A stretch of 64,000 nucleotides of DNA from an uncultured Verrucomicrobiae bacterium (GTDB taxonomy: Bacteria > Verrucomicrobiota > Verrucomicrobiia > Chthoniobacterales > Terrimicrobiaceae), in assembly GCA_963706955.1 (NCBI GenBank), contig CAVPOC010000002.1:64001-128000 (forward strand), given 5' to 3'. The position numbers were made by a program, and so were the translations under genes. The notes below the pieces were generated by a model that was not told the DNA's origin, searched no databases, and saw only the letters and a program-made list of their open reading frames with translations. Of this stretch, positions 19,924-30,206 are shown in pieces. The first letter of the stretch is position 1. Each line of letters begins with the position of its first letter.

Positions 19924-21288
19924 ATGACATTGAATTGCGGGACCATATGGGCGTCGGTTTCCGAGGTGATCCGGCAACGGATCAGTACCGACGGGTATGA
20001 ACGTTGGTTTCAAGGCGTAGATGTTGTTTCTGACGACGGACTCAAGCTCGTTTTTCGCGTGCCGAATCCGATCCATCAGTTCTTTATCGAGAGCAATTAC
20101 TTGCGCCTGGTGCAGGATGCTGCTCAGGAAGTGCTGCGGAGTCCGCGGAAGATCCAATTTGTTGCTCCAGGAAATGCGGAAGGCGATCCTCCCACATTCT
20201 CCTCTGCGAGCATCGATCACCCGCCACCACGTGCCATGGTTCCTGAGCGTTCGCACGGACAAGGCACTTCGGGGATGAATCCCCGAAACACCTTTGAAAC
20301 CTTCGTCGTCGGATCAAACTGCCAATTTGCGCATGGTGCCGCTATCGCCGTGGCAAAATCTCCAGCGAAGACCTACAACCCTCTCTTTGTGTATGGAGGG
20401 AGCGGTTTGGGCAAGACACACTTGCTCCAGGCCATCGGCCACTACGTCATAAGCAGCCATAAGTCCTCTCGTGTGGTCTATCTTTCCAGCGAGCAGTTCA
20501 CCAACGAATTCATCGATGCGATTCAGCACGGAACGCTGGTCAAGTTCCGCAAGAAATACCGCTACGCGGACATCTTGATGATCGATGATATCCAGTTTCT
20601 CGCGGGCAAGGAACGCTCCCAGGAGGAGTTCTTCCACACCTTCAACACGCTGCATGACGGCCACAAGCAAATCGTGCTTTCGAGCGATCGCCCCGCCAGC
20701 GAGATTGAGAAGCTCGAGCAAAGGCTGGTCTCGCGATTCGAATGGGGCATGACCGCGGAGTTGCAGCCACCCGACGTCGAGACCCGTATCGCCATTCTCA
20801 ACAAAAAGGCCGAGAGTTTGAATATCGCCCTCGAGTCTTGGGTGATCGAATTTCTGGCCGATCGCATCCGCAATAATGTGCGGCGCCTCGAGGGAGCGCT
20901 CATGCGCGTGGCTTCCTACAAGTCGCTCAGCGATCGCGAAATTACCCGGGAGGTCATCGAGAATTTGCTCCGTGATATTTTCCAGGAGCAGGCACGCCGC
21001 GCCGTCACCATCGAGCAGATCCAGCGCAAAGTGGCCGAGCATTTCGATGTGCGCCTGGCCGATATGACCAGCAAGCGACGTCCAGCGAACATCGCCTTCC
21101 CAAGGCAGGTGGCGATGTTCCTGTCGCGCGAGCTGACGAACAGCTCGCTCAGCGATATCGGAGACGCCTTCGGAGGCAAGGACCACGGAACGGTGATCCA
21201 CGCCTGCAAGCTCGTCAAACGCCGTATCGAAGAGGATGAGCAGACCCGCCACGTCATCCGCCTGCTCGACAGTCAGCTTCAACGCTGA
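19924..21288 (+). CDS. dnaA: Chromosomal replication initiator DnaA
   Basis: NPLFVYGGSGLGKTHLL, IDDIQFL, QEEFFHTFN, RLVSRFEWG, RQVAMFL and GGKDHGTV motifs. Confidence 0.98.
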   Translation: MTLNCGTIWASVSEVIRQRISTDGYERWFQGVDVVSDDGLKLVFRVPNPIHQFFIESNYLRLVQDAAQEVLRSPRKIQFVAPGNAEGDPPTFSSASIDHPPPRAMVPERSHGQGTSGMNPRNTFETFVVGSNCQFAHGAAIAVAKSPAKTYNPLFVYGGSGLGKTHLLQAIGHYVISSHKSSRVVYLSSEQFTNEFIDAIQHGTLVKFRKKYRYADILMIDDIQFLAGKERSQEEFFHTFNTLHDGHKQIVLSSDRPASEIEKLEQRLVSRFEWGMTAELQPPDVETRIAILNKKAESLNIALESWVIEFLADRIRNNVRRLEGALMRVASYKSLSDREITREVIENLLRDIFQEQARRAVTIEQIQRKVAEHFDVRLADMTSKRRPANIAFPRQVAMFLSRELTNSSLSDIGDAFGGKDHGTVIHACKLVKRRIEEDEQTRHVIRLLDSQLQR

Positions 21289-21425
21289 AGCAGCGCGCCC
21301 GTTCAGTTGGAAGACGACCCGATCGAAAAGCCTCCGCGGTGTAGAGTTTCGCACGATTGCACGCGCGGGACTAATGTTTGACTTCGCCAGGTCGGCTCAA
21401 TAAATGAGACCTTTTCAACAATGAC

Positions 21426-22523
21426 ATGAAGTTCGCAGTCACCAAAGAAGCTCTCCAGGAAGGGCTGCAACGCATTCAGAACGTCGTGAGCACACGTTCG
21501 ACACTGCCCGTGCTCACCAACGCGCTCTTGGAAACAACCAAGACCGGTTTGCGTCTCACCACGACGGATTTGGAAGTGGCCATTCGCTGCGAGATCGTCG
21601 CCCAGGTAGAGAAAGCCGGCGCGACCACCTTGCCCGCTCGCCGGCTTGCCGCCATCGTGCGCGAACTTCCTGCCTCTGAGATCAGCCTCGAGACCGACGC
21701 CAAGAACATCTCCTCGCTGCGCTGCGGCGCGAGCTTTTTTAAGATATACGGCCTCGCCAAAGAGGAGTTCCCCGCCTTCCCCTCGTTCAAGGATGCCAAG
21801 ACTTACACCATCCGGCAGTCGGAACTCAAAGATGGGCTGCGCAGAACATCGTACGCCATCTCGGTGGACGAGACCCGTTACGTGCTCAACGGAATTCTTT
21901 TCTCGTTCAAAGAAAACAAGCTGACGCTCGTGGCAACCGACGGGCGCCGCCTCGCCTTGTTTGACAGCGATCTGGAGTTTCCGCACAGTCACGAGCGCGA
22001 TTTCATCGTCCCCACGAAAGCCGTCACGGAGCTGCAGCGGATGCTGGGCGACGAGGGTGAAATCCAGATAGCGGTGGGCGAGAACCTGGTCTCCTTCGAG
22101 CAGAACGGCTCGCAGCTTGTCTCCAAGTTGGTCGAGGGCAACTATCCCAACTACCGTCAGGTCATCCCCGGAGAGGCCAAGGAACGTATTACCATCGAGC
22201 GTGAATCCCTGCTCAACAGCGTGCGACGCGTCTCTTTGCTAAGCAATGATAAGACCAGCTCAGTCCGACTGAATTTCTCTCGCAACAACCTGGACATCGC
22301 CGCCAACACTCCGGAGGTGGGAGAGGCGCGGGAAGCGCTGGCCGTCGTTTATCGCGGGCGCGACTTATCTATCGCCTTCAATCCGGAGTTCCTCATGGAT
22401 CCTCTGCGAAACCTCCCCAACGACGAGGTCCATCTGGAGCTTATCGACGAGATGAGCCCCGGAGTCATCAAGATCAACACGCCGTTCCTTTACGTCCTCA
22501 TGCCGATGAGAGTGTCAGTCTAA
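21426..22523 (+). CDS. dnaN: DNA polymerase III beta clamp
   Basis: TTDLEV, RYVLNGI, VATDGRRL, GNYPNY and YVLMPMR motifs; follows dnaA. Confidence 0.97.
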   Translation: MKFAVTKEALQEGLQRIQNVVSTRSTLPVLTNALLETTKTGLRLTTTDLEVAIRCEIVAQVEKAGATTLPARRLAAIVRELPASEISLETDAKNISSLRCGASFFKIYGLAKEEFPAFPSFKDAKTYTIRQSELKDGLRRTSYAISVDETRYVLNGILFSFKENKLTLVATDGRRLALFDSDLEFPHSHERDFIVPTKAVTELQRMLGDEGEIQIAVGENLVSFEQNGSQLVSKLVEGNYPNYRQVIPGEAKERITIERESLLNSVRRVSLLSNDKTSSVRLNFSRNNLDIAANTPEVGEAREALAVVYRGRDLSIAFNPEFLMDPLRNLPNDEVHLELIDEMSPGVIKINTPFLYVLMPMRVSV

Positions 22524-22529
22524 GGAGTG

Positions 22530-22622
22530 TTAAGTTTTAAGTTTTAAGTTTAACGCCTCGAGATCTCAGCCCGTTGTCGGCGTTTTCTCTTAAAACTTAC
22601 AAACCTAAAACTTAAGACTTAG
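22530..22622. repeat. AT-rich inverted heptamer arrays between convergent genes (possible bidirectional terminator)
   Basis: (TAAGTTT)x3 at 22531-22551 faces TAAAACT/TACAAAC/CTAAAAC/TTAAGAC at 22590-22622. Confidence 0.65.
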
Positions 22623-23107
22623 CGCCCGAAAGTGGCCGTCAGCACAGCTCGGGCAAACCGCCCTGCTTGGGGCTCCTCCGACTTGCGCGGGCCCGCCGCA
22701 TTCAGCCGGCGAACTAAATATTGACGCAAGAATTTTCGCAGGAGAATGGCGCTTTCGCCCACCGTTAACGTTTCCGCGGAGAGGTGCAGCACCGGTTTGT
22801 GGAACTTCTTGCAGGCTTCCCACGTTTTCCACGAGCCCCCGGAAAGTTTTGCGGATTGCGAGAAGATCACGGTCGCCTCGCTATCCCGAACGTTCCACTT
22901 GGTGCGTTGGGCAGGCCGGGCCGAAGGCGTCTCAAGCAACTTGTAACGCGCAGGGATCTCGCCGTCTTCGGCGCGACGCCCTTTGGGACACCAACCTCCG
23001 TGCTGAAGCCCCCGCCGAATAGCCCAGGCAAGACACGCCCGATCAACTCCTGTCTGCCCTCCGCTGATGATGCAGAACGCCTTGCCCACCACATCCAACC
23101 GTGCCAT
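22619..23107 (-). CDS. Putative molybdenum carrier / SLOG (circularly permuted YpsA-like) protein
   Basis: IISGGQTGVDRA, GGWCPKGRRAEDG, RTKWNVRDSEAT and LNAAGPRKS motifs. Start is uncertain. Confidence 0.85.
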   Translation of the reverse strand: MARLDVVGKAFCIISGGQTGVDRACLAWAIRRGLQHGGWCPKGRRAEDGEIPARYKLLETPSARPAQRTKWNVRDSEATVIFSQSAKLSGGSWKTWEACKKFHKPVLHLSAETLTVGESAILLRKFLRQYLVRRLNAAGPRKSEEPQAGRFARAVLTATFGR

Positions 23108-23110
23108 GCT
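23082..23110 (+). promoter_or_regulatory. Possible sigma70 promoter of tRNA-Thr
   Basis: TTGCCC-N17-CATGCT with a TG extension, 14 nt upstream of the tRNA. Confidence 0.35.
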
Positions 23111-23124
23111 TTTGCGCCATTGTC

Positions 23125-23196
23125 GCCAGCATAGCACAGCGGTAGTGCAACTGATTTGTAATCAGTAGGTCCCCGGTTCGAATCCGGGTGCTGGCT
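23125..23196 (+). tRNA. tRNA-Thr (anticodon TGT)
   Basis: GCCAGCA/TGCTGGC acceptor stem, ACTGA-TTTGTAA-TCAGT anticodon arm and GGTTCGAATCC T-loop. No encoded CCA. Confidence 0.96.
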
Positions 23197-23247
23197 CGGT
23201 TGAAAATCAGTTACTTACTACATTTTAAGAATCTTTGAGCAATCTTG

Positions 23248-23267
23248 CTTGGACACTTCTTGGACAC
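23248..23267 (+). repeat. Tandem CTTGGACAC repeats, candidate integrase arm-type sites
   Basis: CTTGGACAC-TT-CTTGGACAC lies ~50 bp inside the left att site. Confidence 0.45.
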
Positions 23268-24104
23268 ATTTCGCATTCTGAACTGCTGACGTGTTGATCG
23301 CCCACTGCTCGCGATCGAGGCTCTCGCCCCATGGACAACTGAAGGATGGGTGGCTCGGCGATAAGCGCAAATTTGAGTGGGAGGAAGATCGACCTTGTCC
23401 GTGTGTGTTAGCCTTGTCGAATGCCCTTGCGCTTCTTGAATCGCGACGCGATCAGGAGTCCGAATCCCTAAACTCCACATGTTTATTATCAACATGTTAT
23501 GATAATCAGGCTCCGATTTAGAGTCGCAGTTAGAGCATGTCCGCCAACGTTTCAAGTTGGTGTCAACCAAACAGGCCGAACACCTCCTCTGATCCGTAGC
23601 TCACGCTGGCCGGTGCGAGAGAGGTCACGGGTCAGCTCGAGGGATTACTCTCGGGCCGCATGGCGGACGACCCAGGTTTCCGATACAAACTACGTTCCGA
23701 CTCCCGTCATATCGACCGTTCAAAGTGCCTCCTCGTGGCCGACTATTGTGCTCGGTGGCCGATGATCCCGGTCACCTGATGACCGTATTTGTGCAGGCCC
23801 TGAGTTCTATCTAGATAGGGTCTGTTCGCGGTGGTTTGGTCGCACCGTGTTTGTTCGTGCGTACAGGTCGGATAACCAATATTTGGTCAATCGCGCCGAG
23901 CCTGCTTTCATAGCATCTAGCGCATGGCGCAGAGCAATGAACGCCACCGCGTGCGCCGTCGCGGTATTGCATTTGCTCAATTGCCCCTATGAACAGCGAT
24001 GACGATTCGCGGAGTCCTGGAAACATCAGAGCGTCGTTGAACGATGCCCTCGATCTAATATCCCGTTATCCCAGGTTAGCTCTACCAGTGGGGTCGTGGT
24101 CGCG

Positions 24105-24455
24105 CTATTCGGCTTGGCGCACCTGGCCGAAGTGCGGGGAGAAACCGGGCAGCCTCGGGTGGGGCGCCATCTTCCCGCACATGGTCACCTGGGTGAAGCT
24201 GGCTTCGGACGTGGTGAGAAGTCGGTGGATTCGATTCGAGCTGAGTCCGGTGGCGCCCGCGATTCTGCGGATCGATAGGCCCGCTTGATGTGCTGAGACA
24301 ATTGCCCAGATACGTTCGGTCTGAGCATCGCTAAAGCGCACGTTTGCGGTTCGTAGCCGAGCGATCAGCTCCTGCTCACCTTGCAACCTTTGGCGCACGT
24401 CCTCTATCTTGTGGCCACGGGCCACTTTTACACCCGAGGACTCCGAGCCGTCCAC
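24105..24455 (-). pseudogene. Helix-turn-helix protein fragment
   Basis: AIVSAHQAGLSIRRIAGATGLSSNRIHRLL is an HTH-like segment. Ends are poorly defined. Confidence 0.5.
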
Positions 24456-24520
24456 AAAACTGAACGCCTTATGCTACTTCTCTGCTCCATGGCTCCCCAA
24501 TACCCAAAATCGACACTGCC

Positions 24521-25540
24521 ATGATCATTCGCAACCCTGAAAAGAATTTCCAAGAGTTGTGGAAGACCTTCCACAACAGGTATCCATTTTTCGAACTGAG
24601 GAATGTCGATTGGAAAAAACAGTATGACACCTACAGACCAAAAGTCACAAGGGAGACCAGTGATGATGAGCTCTTCAATATTCTCTGCCAAATGCTCGCC
24701 CCGTTGCATGACGGGCATGTCGAGCTGATAGCCAAAGCAAGTGGGGATCGGAAGAAACGATACTTCACCCCAGAGATAAAGCCCAGATTTTGGCAGGAAT
24801 TCACGAGCCGAGAGATCAAGCAACTCTTCGAAACGACGGAGAAGACTCTTGTCGCCAATGGTTTCGGGCAGCCTACAGAGACTCAGGCCTGGATGCTTCA
24901 CTATTGCAGGTCACGGGCATTTGGTTACATTCGGATCCTCGAGCTGGAAGGCGTTAAAAAGGGGAGTTTGACTGCCGCTCTGGACAAGATTGCCGGTCAC
25001 TTCAAGGACTTGGACGGCGTCATCATCGATATCCGCAACAACCCCGGCGGTGACGATAGTAATGTAATCACGATCATCAATCGGTTTTGCGACCGCAAGC
25101 GAGTCGCCTTCCGCAGGAAGACAAAGATTGGCCCAGGCGAAGATGACTTTACAAGCCTGAAGACCTGGTACATCGAACCGCAAGGTGACGCACAATTCAC
25201 CGGGCCAACCGTACTCTTGACCTGTGATTCTGTTTTCAGCGGTGGAGAGGCCTTTGCGCTGACGATAAAGCAACTGCCTCATGTTACGATCATAGGTAAT
25301 CATACCAACGGCATATTCTCGTATCAACTTGAGAAGAAACTCCCCAATGGCTGGCGTTACTGTTTGTCGTTCCAGAAGTACTTTTCAGCTGACATGGTGT
25401 GCTACGAAGGCAAGGGCGTAGCAGTCGACATCAAGCTACTCAACAACAAGACCGATATTGAAAACGGCATCGATCCGTTGATTACCCGCGCATTGAAAGT
25501 GTTGAAGTCAAAGAACGCGGGAACGGCGAATAAGAGATGA
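24521..25540 (+). CDS. S41 family peptidase (tricorn C1-like + catalytic domain)
   Basis: YPFFELRNVDW, PLHDGHV, IIDIRNNPGGD, VFSGGEAF and EGKGVAVD motifs. Confidence 0.9.
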   Translation: MIIRNPEKNFQELWKTFHNRYPFFELRNVDWKKQYDTYRPKVTRETSDDELFNILCQMLAPLHDGHVELIAKASGDRKKRYFTPEIKPRFWQEFTSREIKQLFETTEKTLVANGFGQPTETQAWMLHYCRSRAFGYIRILELEGVKKGSLTAALDKIAGHFKDLDGVIIDIRNNPGGDDSNVITIINRFCDRKRVAFRRKTKIGPGEDDFTSLKTWYIEPQGDAQFTGPTVLLTCDSVFSGGEAFALTIKQLPHVTIIGNHTNGIFSYQLEKKLPNGWRYCLSFQKYFSADMVCYEGKGVAVDIKLLNNKTDIENGIDPLITRALKVLKSKNAGTANKR

Positions 25541-25689
25541 TCGATTGCGCGGCCAGGACTCATAGTTCTTTCGTGAGTTTGTGGGTGAGGTATTCTCCGA
25601 AGAGTCTTTCGTAGTCTATGATTTCACCACTGCTGTTGACGAGGTTGACAGTCAGTGGTCTGCCGTAGATTTCAGTTCCGTGCGTGCGG

Positions 25690-25929
25690 CTTCCGGTCTC
25701 ACCCAAGGCTCTCCGGGCCCGGCGCAACATCTCGTCTGAAGCCCTGCGCGTGAACGTCAGAAGCATGATCCGGCCCGGATCGATCCCCTGTGACACAAGC
25801 CAACACCCGCGCCGCGAGAGTTTTGGTCTTGCCGGTGCCGGCCCCCGCAATGGTAAGAACCGGGCCCTCGCCCATAGTGGCAGCGCGAAGTTGTTCGGGG
25901 TTTAGATCGTCAATCCACGATTCGGGCAT
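25690..25929 (-). pseudogene. UvrD/REP helicase N-terminal fragment, frameshifted and truncated
   Basis: LNPEQLRAA..GPVLTIAGAGTGKTKTL, then in another frame GIDPGRIMLLTFTRRASDEMLRR. The rest is missing. Confidence 0.85.
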
Positions 25930-26044
25930 TGTCCCATCGAGGATACGTGCCACCACGCCCGACGTCCAGTCACTGAGGGGAAGGTTGGCGTAGGATAGCA
26001 GAGGGGAGACGGACGGCAGCGGTTCTACCAGTGCCGAAGGTAAG

Positions 26045-29000
26045 TTAGCAAAGGGGCAGTCGAAGTCCACGTCCTCCTAACCCACTCGCTTTTTGGCGGC
26101 GGTATTCCGCGTAGGTTGCTTCTGCGCGTTTCTCTAGCGAAACCGACTTCTGCTTCCGGGCGATTCTGAGGGCTTCGCAGAAAGAAGCTTCAATTTGGGT
26201 GTCGTTAGCGCCTATGGCCACGAGAAATACACCGCGAAGGCGACGTAGTTCGGCACACCACCAACGCTCTTCAGATCTTTCGACCCATGCTTCCGCTTCC
26301 GTTATTGCCTCAAGAGCTTCGGACACACGATCCGCAAAGTGCAAAGACTCAGCGTTTAGGGCCAGAAAATATGGCATGCGCAGCATGGCACCGGTTGCTC
26401 GATAGTCCCGTATTCCGCCCTCGATCCATGAGATGCCTTCAGCCGTGTTACCGGAAGCGCTGCGTGCCCAACCGCGGAGAATCTCCCCTGCAGGCAGCCA
26501 AAATGCAAAATTCTGACGCGTCGACAGCTCAATCAAATCCGAAGCCAAGCGTGCCATTTCCGCAGGATTACCTTCGAGGTGACCGAGAATCACCGCCCAA
26601 AAAAGTAGTGCCAGGGCTAACGCGTGCATATCATTCAGCTCTTTCGCCAGCGAGATGGCTTCCGCCATGGTCGCGTGGCAACGGGCCGTCTCACCGAAAT
26701 GCCAATCGGATAGGGCCTCAAATACGAGACAATGGACGGCGGGCGCGATGAACTCTTCGACCGGAGAGTGTACGTCTCCCGAGCGCCAGATCTTGAGACC
26801 ACACATCGCGTATTGTCGCGCGGCCTCGAAATCGCCCAGAAAGTACTGCGTGACGGCCAAAGCGCGGCATCCTCCTATCATTAGCGCAGAGTCGTGCTGC
26901 TCCTGCGCCAGTGAATACACTCGCTTGGCAATCTGCATCGTTGCACTCAGTTTCTCGGTGACGAGGGAAAATACCCACTGACCCGTCAGTCCGGAATACA
27001 GGAGCAGGGGACGATTAAGAGAATGACACAAGGGCTCCGCGTGCTCGTAACAAATTCGCGCCTCCGGTGCTCCCAATCCTCGCGTGAGCGTTAGATATAA
27101 CCCCGCCTGCATGAGGACGAAGAGCCGATCTTCGGCAGTGAGACTTTGAGCCTTGGCGCTCGCTTGCGCGAGCGAACCCCAGCGTCCCTGTTCAAAGAAA
27201 TGAGCCAAAGCCGAGAGCAATGCCCCTCGGGCTCCGAGGCCCTTAGCAGCGAAGGACGCATTCCCCCGCTGGATTCTCGGAAGGTAAACTTCATGCAGCG
27301 CTTCGTGATACAAATCGGCGTTGCAGCCGCAAATTACCGCCAAGAAAAGTGGCTCCATCTCCCTAAAGCTTTCCGGAAACTGCGGCGCAAGCGCTCGATA
27401 ATAGTTAAAGAGCCGCTGATTGCATTCCTTCCAAGCCTCGGGTCGTTGACTGCGGAGTTGTTCGCCAAAGTATTCTCGAACCAAAGGATGTGTATCCAGA
27501 TCCCCGAGATGGTGCGGATCTTCCCCGGCGAGGAGTCTTGCTCTTCGCAATCTGGCGACAATCGCTCGTCGCTCGGTAGGGCTCAAGTTAATCAACGACT
27601 CTGTGAGGCCAGGAATCGCAGGTGATTTCAGCAGGACTCCAAGCACATTTTCGTCAGCGGGCCGATCAAACAGACCTAACATGCGGAGAACGGACAGCTC
27701 AGGACCCTCTCCAAACCAGGTTTGGTAAGATTCCATTACCTTCCGAGCATGAACTCCCTGTCGTACGTCGTGAGAAAGGTGGTCTGACACTTCTTTCCGG
27801 CGACGAACATCCCCGTTATAAGCATCGGCCAGATAGCTGCCTAGCAGTGTTAGAGCGAGACAGTGGCCAGCGAACTCGTCGCTGGCACTTCGCAGCTCCG
27901 CTTCACCTCCTTTGACGCCCAGCGCTCGGAGCAGTTTTGCACCTGCATCGCTGGAGAGTTGCTCCAGGTCCCGGCGCGGGGCTGAGGTGCGCTCGTGATC
28001 TGCAACGTCCGCAATCGGCAACCGCGTGGTAATTACACAAAGCCCCGAATTGAAGGCAGCAAGCTCCTTCAAAAGAGCCTGGAGGGAAGGCTCACGGAGT
28101 CTTCCTTCTTGGGCACCAGGCGGATTTTGGAGCGGTTCCAAGCCGTCCAGAATCAGTAAGGTTCGACGATGGGAGATCAGCTTCGCCAATCTTTCGCCTT
28201 TCTCCCACGCCGTCCCTATCCGTGGATCTGGATCTCTAAACCAAGCTAAAGCTGCGTCAAGAAATTCATCTGCTGACGACGTGCCGCCACTGCTACCCTG
28301 CCGGTAAAAGGACCAGCCAAAAACGAGCTGCGCAGAACGATAATGTTGAGCGGCCATCCCTCGGAGCCAATGGTTGACGAGTGTCGACTTCCCGACACCT
28401 GCCCAGGCCACAATCGTGACGATATTTGTATCCTCGTTTGCCCAGCAACCATCCAAGAAAGCGATGTCATCCTCTCGCCCAAAAATATCGCTCCCTGTAA
28501 CTGGCAATCTGGCTATTGAGATGTGCTCCGGTCCCAGTCTTGCAGGCGGCTTGCGGGTTACGGAGTAGGAATCTCTATCGGGCCTCGACCCCAAGCTCTG
28601 ATAAGTAATTGTAAGGCCTTCATCGATAGCGCCCGTTATCGTCGGCAACGCCTTCAGAAGTTCGGCCGGTGTCTGAAAACGCTGCTTGGGATCTTTATCG
28701 AGCAGCACTTCAATGAGGCTGACGACCGGCTGCGGCACACTTTCGAGTTCCTCAACCGGCAAGGGAGCGTGCTGGTGTTGAGACATAACGTCGACGGGCG
28801 AACCCCGAAATGGCACCTGACCTGTCAGCATCTGCCAGAGCGAAACACCAAGCGAGTAGAGATCCGAACGGATATCTACCTCTCCTCCGATAACTTGTTC
28901 CGGACTGGCGAACTCTGGTGTTCCTGCAAAGGCGCCGCTCCCCGAGATCGTGGTTTGAGCATCGGCTTCATCGGCTGTCTTGGCCAAGCCGAGATCGATA

Positions 29001-29632
29001 ATCTTGGCTGTCACAGCGCCCTCCTCGTCAAAGCTCACCATGATATTGCTCGGTTTGATGTCCCGGTGAACGAGCGCTTGCCTGTGCACCGCGGCCAAAC
29101 CGGCGGCGACCTGCATCGCAATGTCCAGAGCCAACTTTACCTCAAGCCGGCCCGAGCGCTTGATGAGATTCTGCAGAGTTTCTCCCTCTACAAACTCCAT
29201 GGCGTAGAAGTAACCCTCAGCGCTTCTCCCCAAGTGGAAGACCGAGGCAACATTCGGGTGGCGCACGCTGGCCGCCGCGCGCGCTTCGCGTAAGAAACGA
29301 AGCTGCGCCGATTCGTCGCCGAGATACTTCTCGCTGATCACTTTCAATGTCACGGGGCATCGAAGGTCAATGTCGAACGCTTTGTAGGTTACGCCCATCG
29401 CGCCGTGACCTAGCTCGACAAGTCTCCCGTCTTCGCCGACTACTACCTCATAGTGCTGAAATCGTCGTGCCACGTCTTGCGATTTCGGCTTGGTCACCCG
29501 CTCAGAAGAAGACTCGCCGGACTCAACGTCATCAGCGAGTGCCCCGTGCAGCATGCACAACGGACAGAATTCCACTGCTCCGGAAAACTCATTACCGCAA
29601 CTCGGGCAGACCCGTCTGTCCTCTGTTCTCAT
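26045..29632 (-). CDS. Ser/Thr protein kinase - STAND-type P-loop NTPase - TPR-like fusion (~1195 aa)
   Basis: Zn-ribbon-like CPSC..CPLC; kinase GHGAMGVTY, HRDIKPSN, DLG and GTPEFASPE; Walker A AWAGVGKST; Walker B LLILDGLE; helical repeat C-terminus. Likely start is ATG 29632. Confidence 0.88.
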   Translation of the reverse strand: MRTEDRRVCPSCGNEFSGAVEFCPLCMLHGALADDVESGESSSERVTKPKSQDVARRFQHYEVVVGEDGRLVELGHGAMGVTYKAFDIDLRCPVTLKVISEKYLGDESAQLRFLREARAAASVRHPNVASVFHLGRSAEGYFYAMEFVEGETLQNLIKRSGRLEVKLALDIAMQVAAGLAAVHRQALVHRDIKPSNIMVSFDEEGAVTAKIIDLGLAKTADEADAQTTISGSGAFAGTPEFASPEQVIGGEVDIRSDLYSLGVSLWQMLTGQVPFRGSPVDVMSQHQHAPLPVEELESVPQPVVSLIEVLLDKDPKQRFQTPAELLKALPTITGAIDEGLTITYQSLGSRPDRDSYSVTRKPPARLGPEHISIARLPVTGSDIFGREDDIAFLDGCWANEDTNIVTIVAWAGVGKSTLVNHWLRGMAAQHYRSAQLVFGWSFYRQGSSGGTSSADEFLDAALAWFRDPDPRIGTAWEKGERLAKLISHRRTLLILDGLEPLQNPPGAQEGRLREPSLQALLKELAAFNSGLCVITTRLPIADVADHERTSAPRRDLEQLSSDAGAKLLRALGVKGGEAELRSASDEFAGHCLALTLLGSYLADAYNGDVRRRKEVSDHLSHDVRQGVHARKVMESYQTWFGEGPELSVLRMLGLFDRPADENVLGVLLKSPAIPGLTESLINLSPTERRAIVARLRRARLLAGEDPHHLGDLDTHPLVREYFGEQLRSQRPEAWKECNQRLFNYYRALAPQFPESFREMEPLFLAVICGCNADLYHEALHEVYLPRIQRGNASFAAKGLGARGALLSALAHFFEQGRWGSLAQASAKAQSLTAEDRLFVLMQAGLYLTLTRGLGAPEARICYEHAEPLCHSLNRPLLLYSGLTGQWVFSLVTEKLSATMQIAKRVYSLAQEQHDSALMIGGCRALAVTQYFLGDFEAARQYAMCGLKIWRSGDVHSPVEEFIAPAVHCLVFEALSDWHFGETARCHATMAEAISLAKELNDMHALALALLFWAVILGHLEGNPAEMARLASDLIELSTRQNFAFWLPAGEILRGWARSASGNTAEGISWIEGGIRDYRATGAMLRMPYFLALNAESLHFADRVSEALEAITEAEAWVERSEERWWCAELRRLRGVFLVAIGANDTQIEASFCEALRIARKQKSVSLEKRAEATYAEYRRQKASGLGGRGLRLPLC

Positions 29633-29862
29633 GGACCTCACCCGATTTCGAATACCAGGGTGTCGCAGGGAGCATCGATCTCTGCCGGACCTGATACCGT
29701 GCGGTCGACCTCCTCTCGCAACTGCGGGGTGGGTTTCACGGAAGAATTGGATCTTTTGCCAACAATAGCGGCTGAAAGCGTCTTTAAAAACAAATTCCTG
29801 AAACTCAGCAAGCTTCCGTCTTGGTGAAAGTCGCCGACGATGTAGCCGTTGGTGCGAGAAAT

Positions 29863-29920
29863 CGATAGGCCATCCAAGCCTTGGCGGTAACCTGCTTGGC
29901 TTGACCGCGTGCAGTACATT
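29863..29920 (+). pseudogene. 3'-end remnant of a paralogue of the ThDP enzyme gene at 35853-37640
   Basis: Encodes IGHPSLGGNLLG and aligns with the reverse complement of 35847-35905 (6 mismatches, 1 gap). Confidence 0.8.
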
Positions 29921-30206
29921 CGGTGTCACGATCAATCGCCCGATTCGCCGCAAGCAGTCCCACTGGCGAAACTCGCCCTTTAGCAGCCCGACAGCCGGGC
30001 GCTGGCGAAATCACGGGGTGGCCTTACGGCAGGCAGCCCGCTTCCATGGAACAGCGTATTTCTACGGGGTCGGCAACCTCACTCGTTCGCGGCAGGACGA
30101 GAGCTCGGCACGATCGCCAACGATTTTTCGAGAAACTTAGAAACTCCGCGCTCCCAATGCCTTTGTACCTAGATGAACCCGATAGACTCGGGTAATCGTA
30201 CTTCTG

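Noticed and set aside
29633..29953. N-terminal extension of the kinase-STAND ORF
   Set aside because: It runs through the antisense of the ThDP remnant. ATG 29632 before the CxxC ribbon is more plausible.
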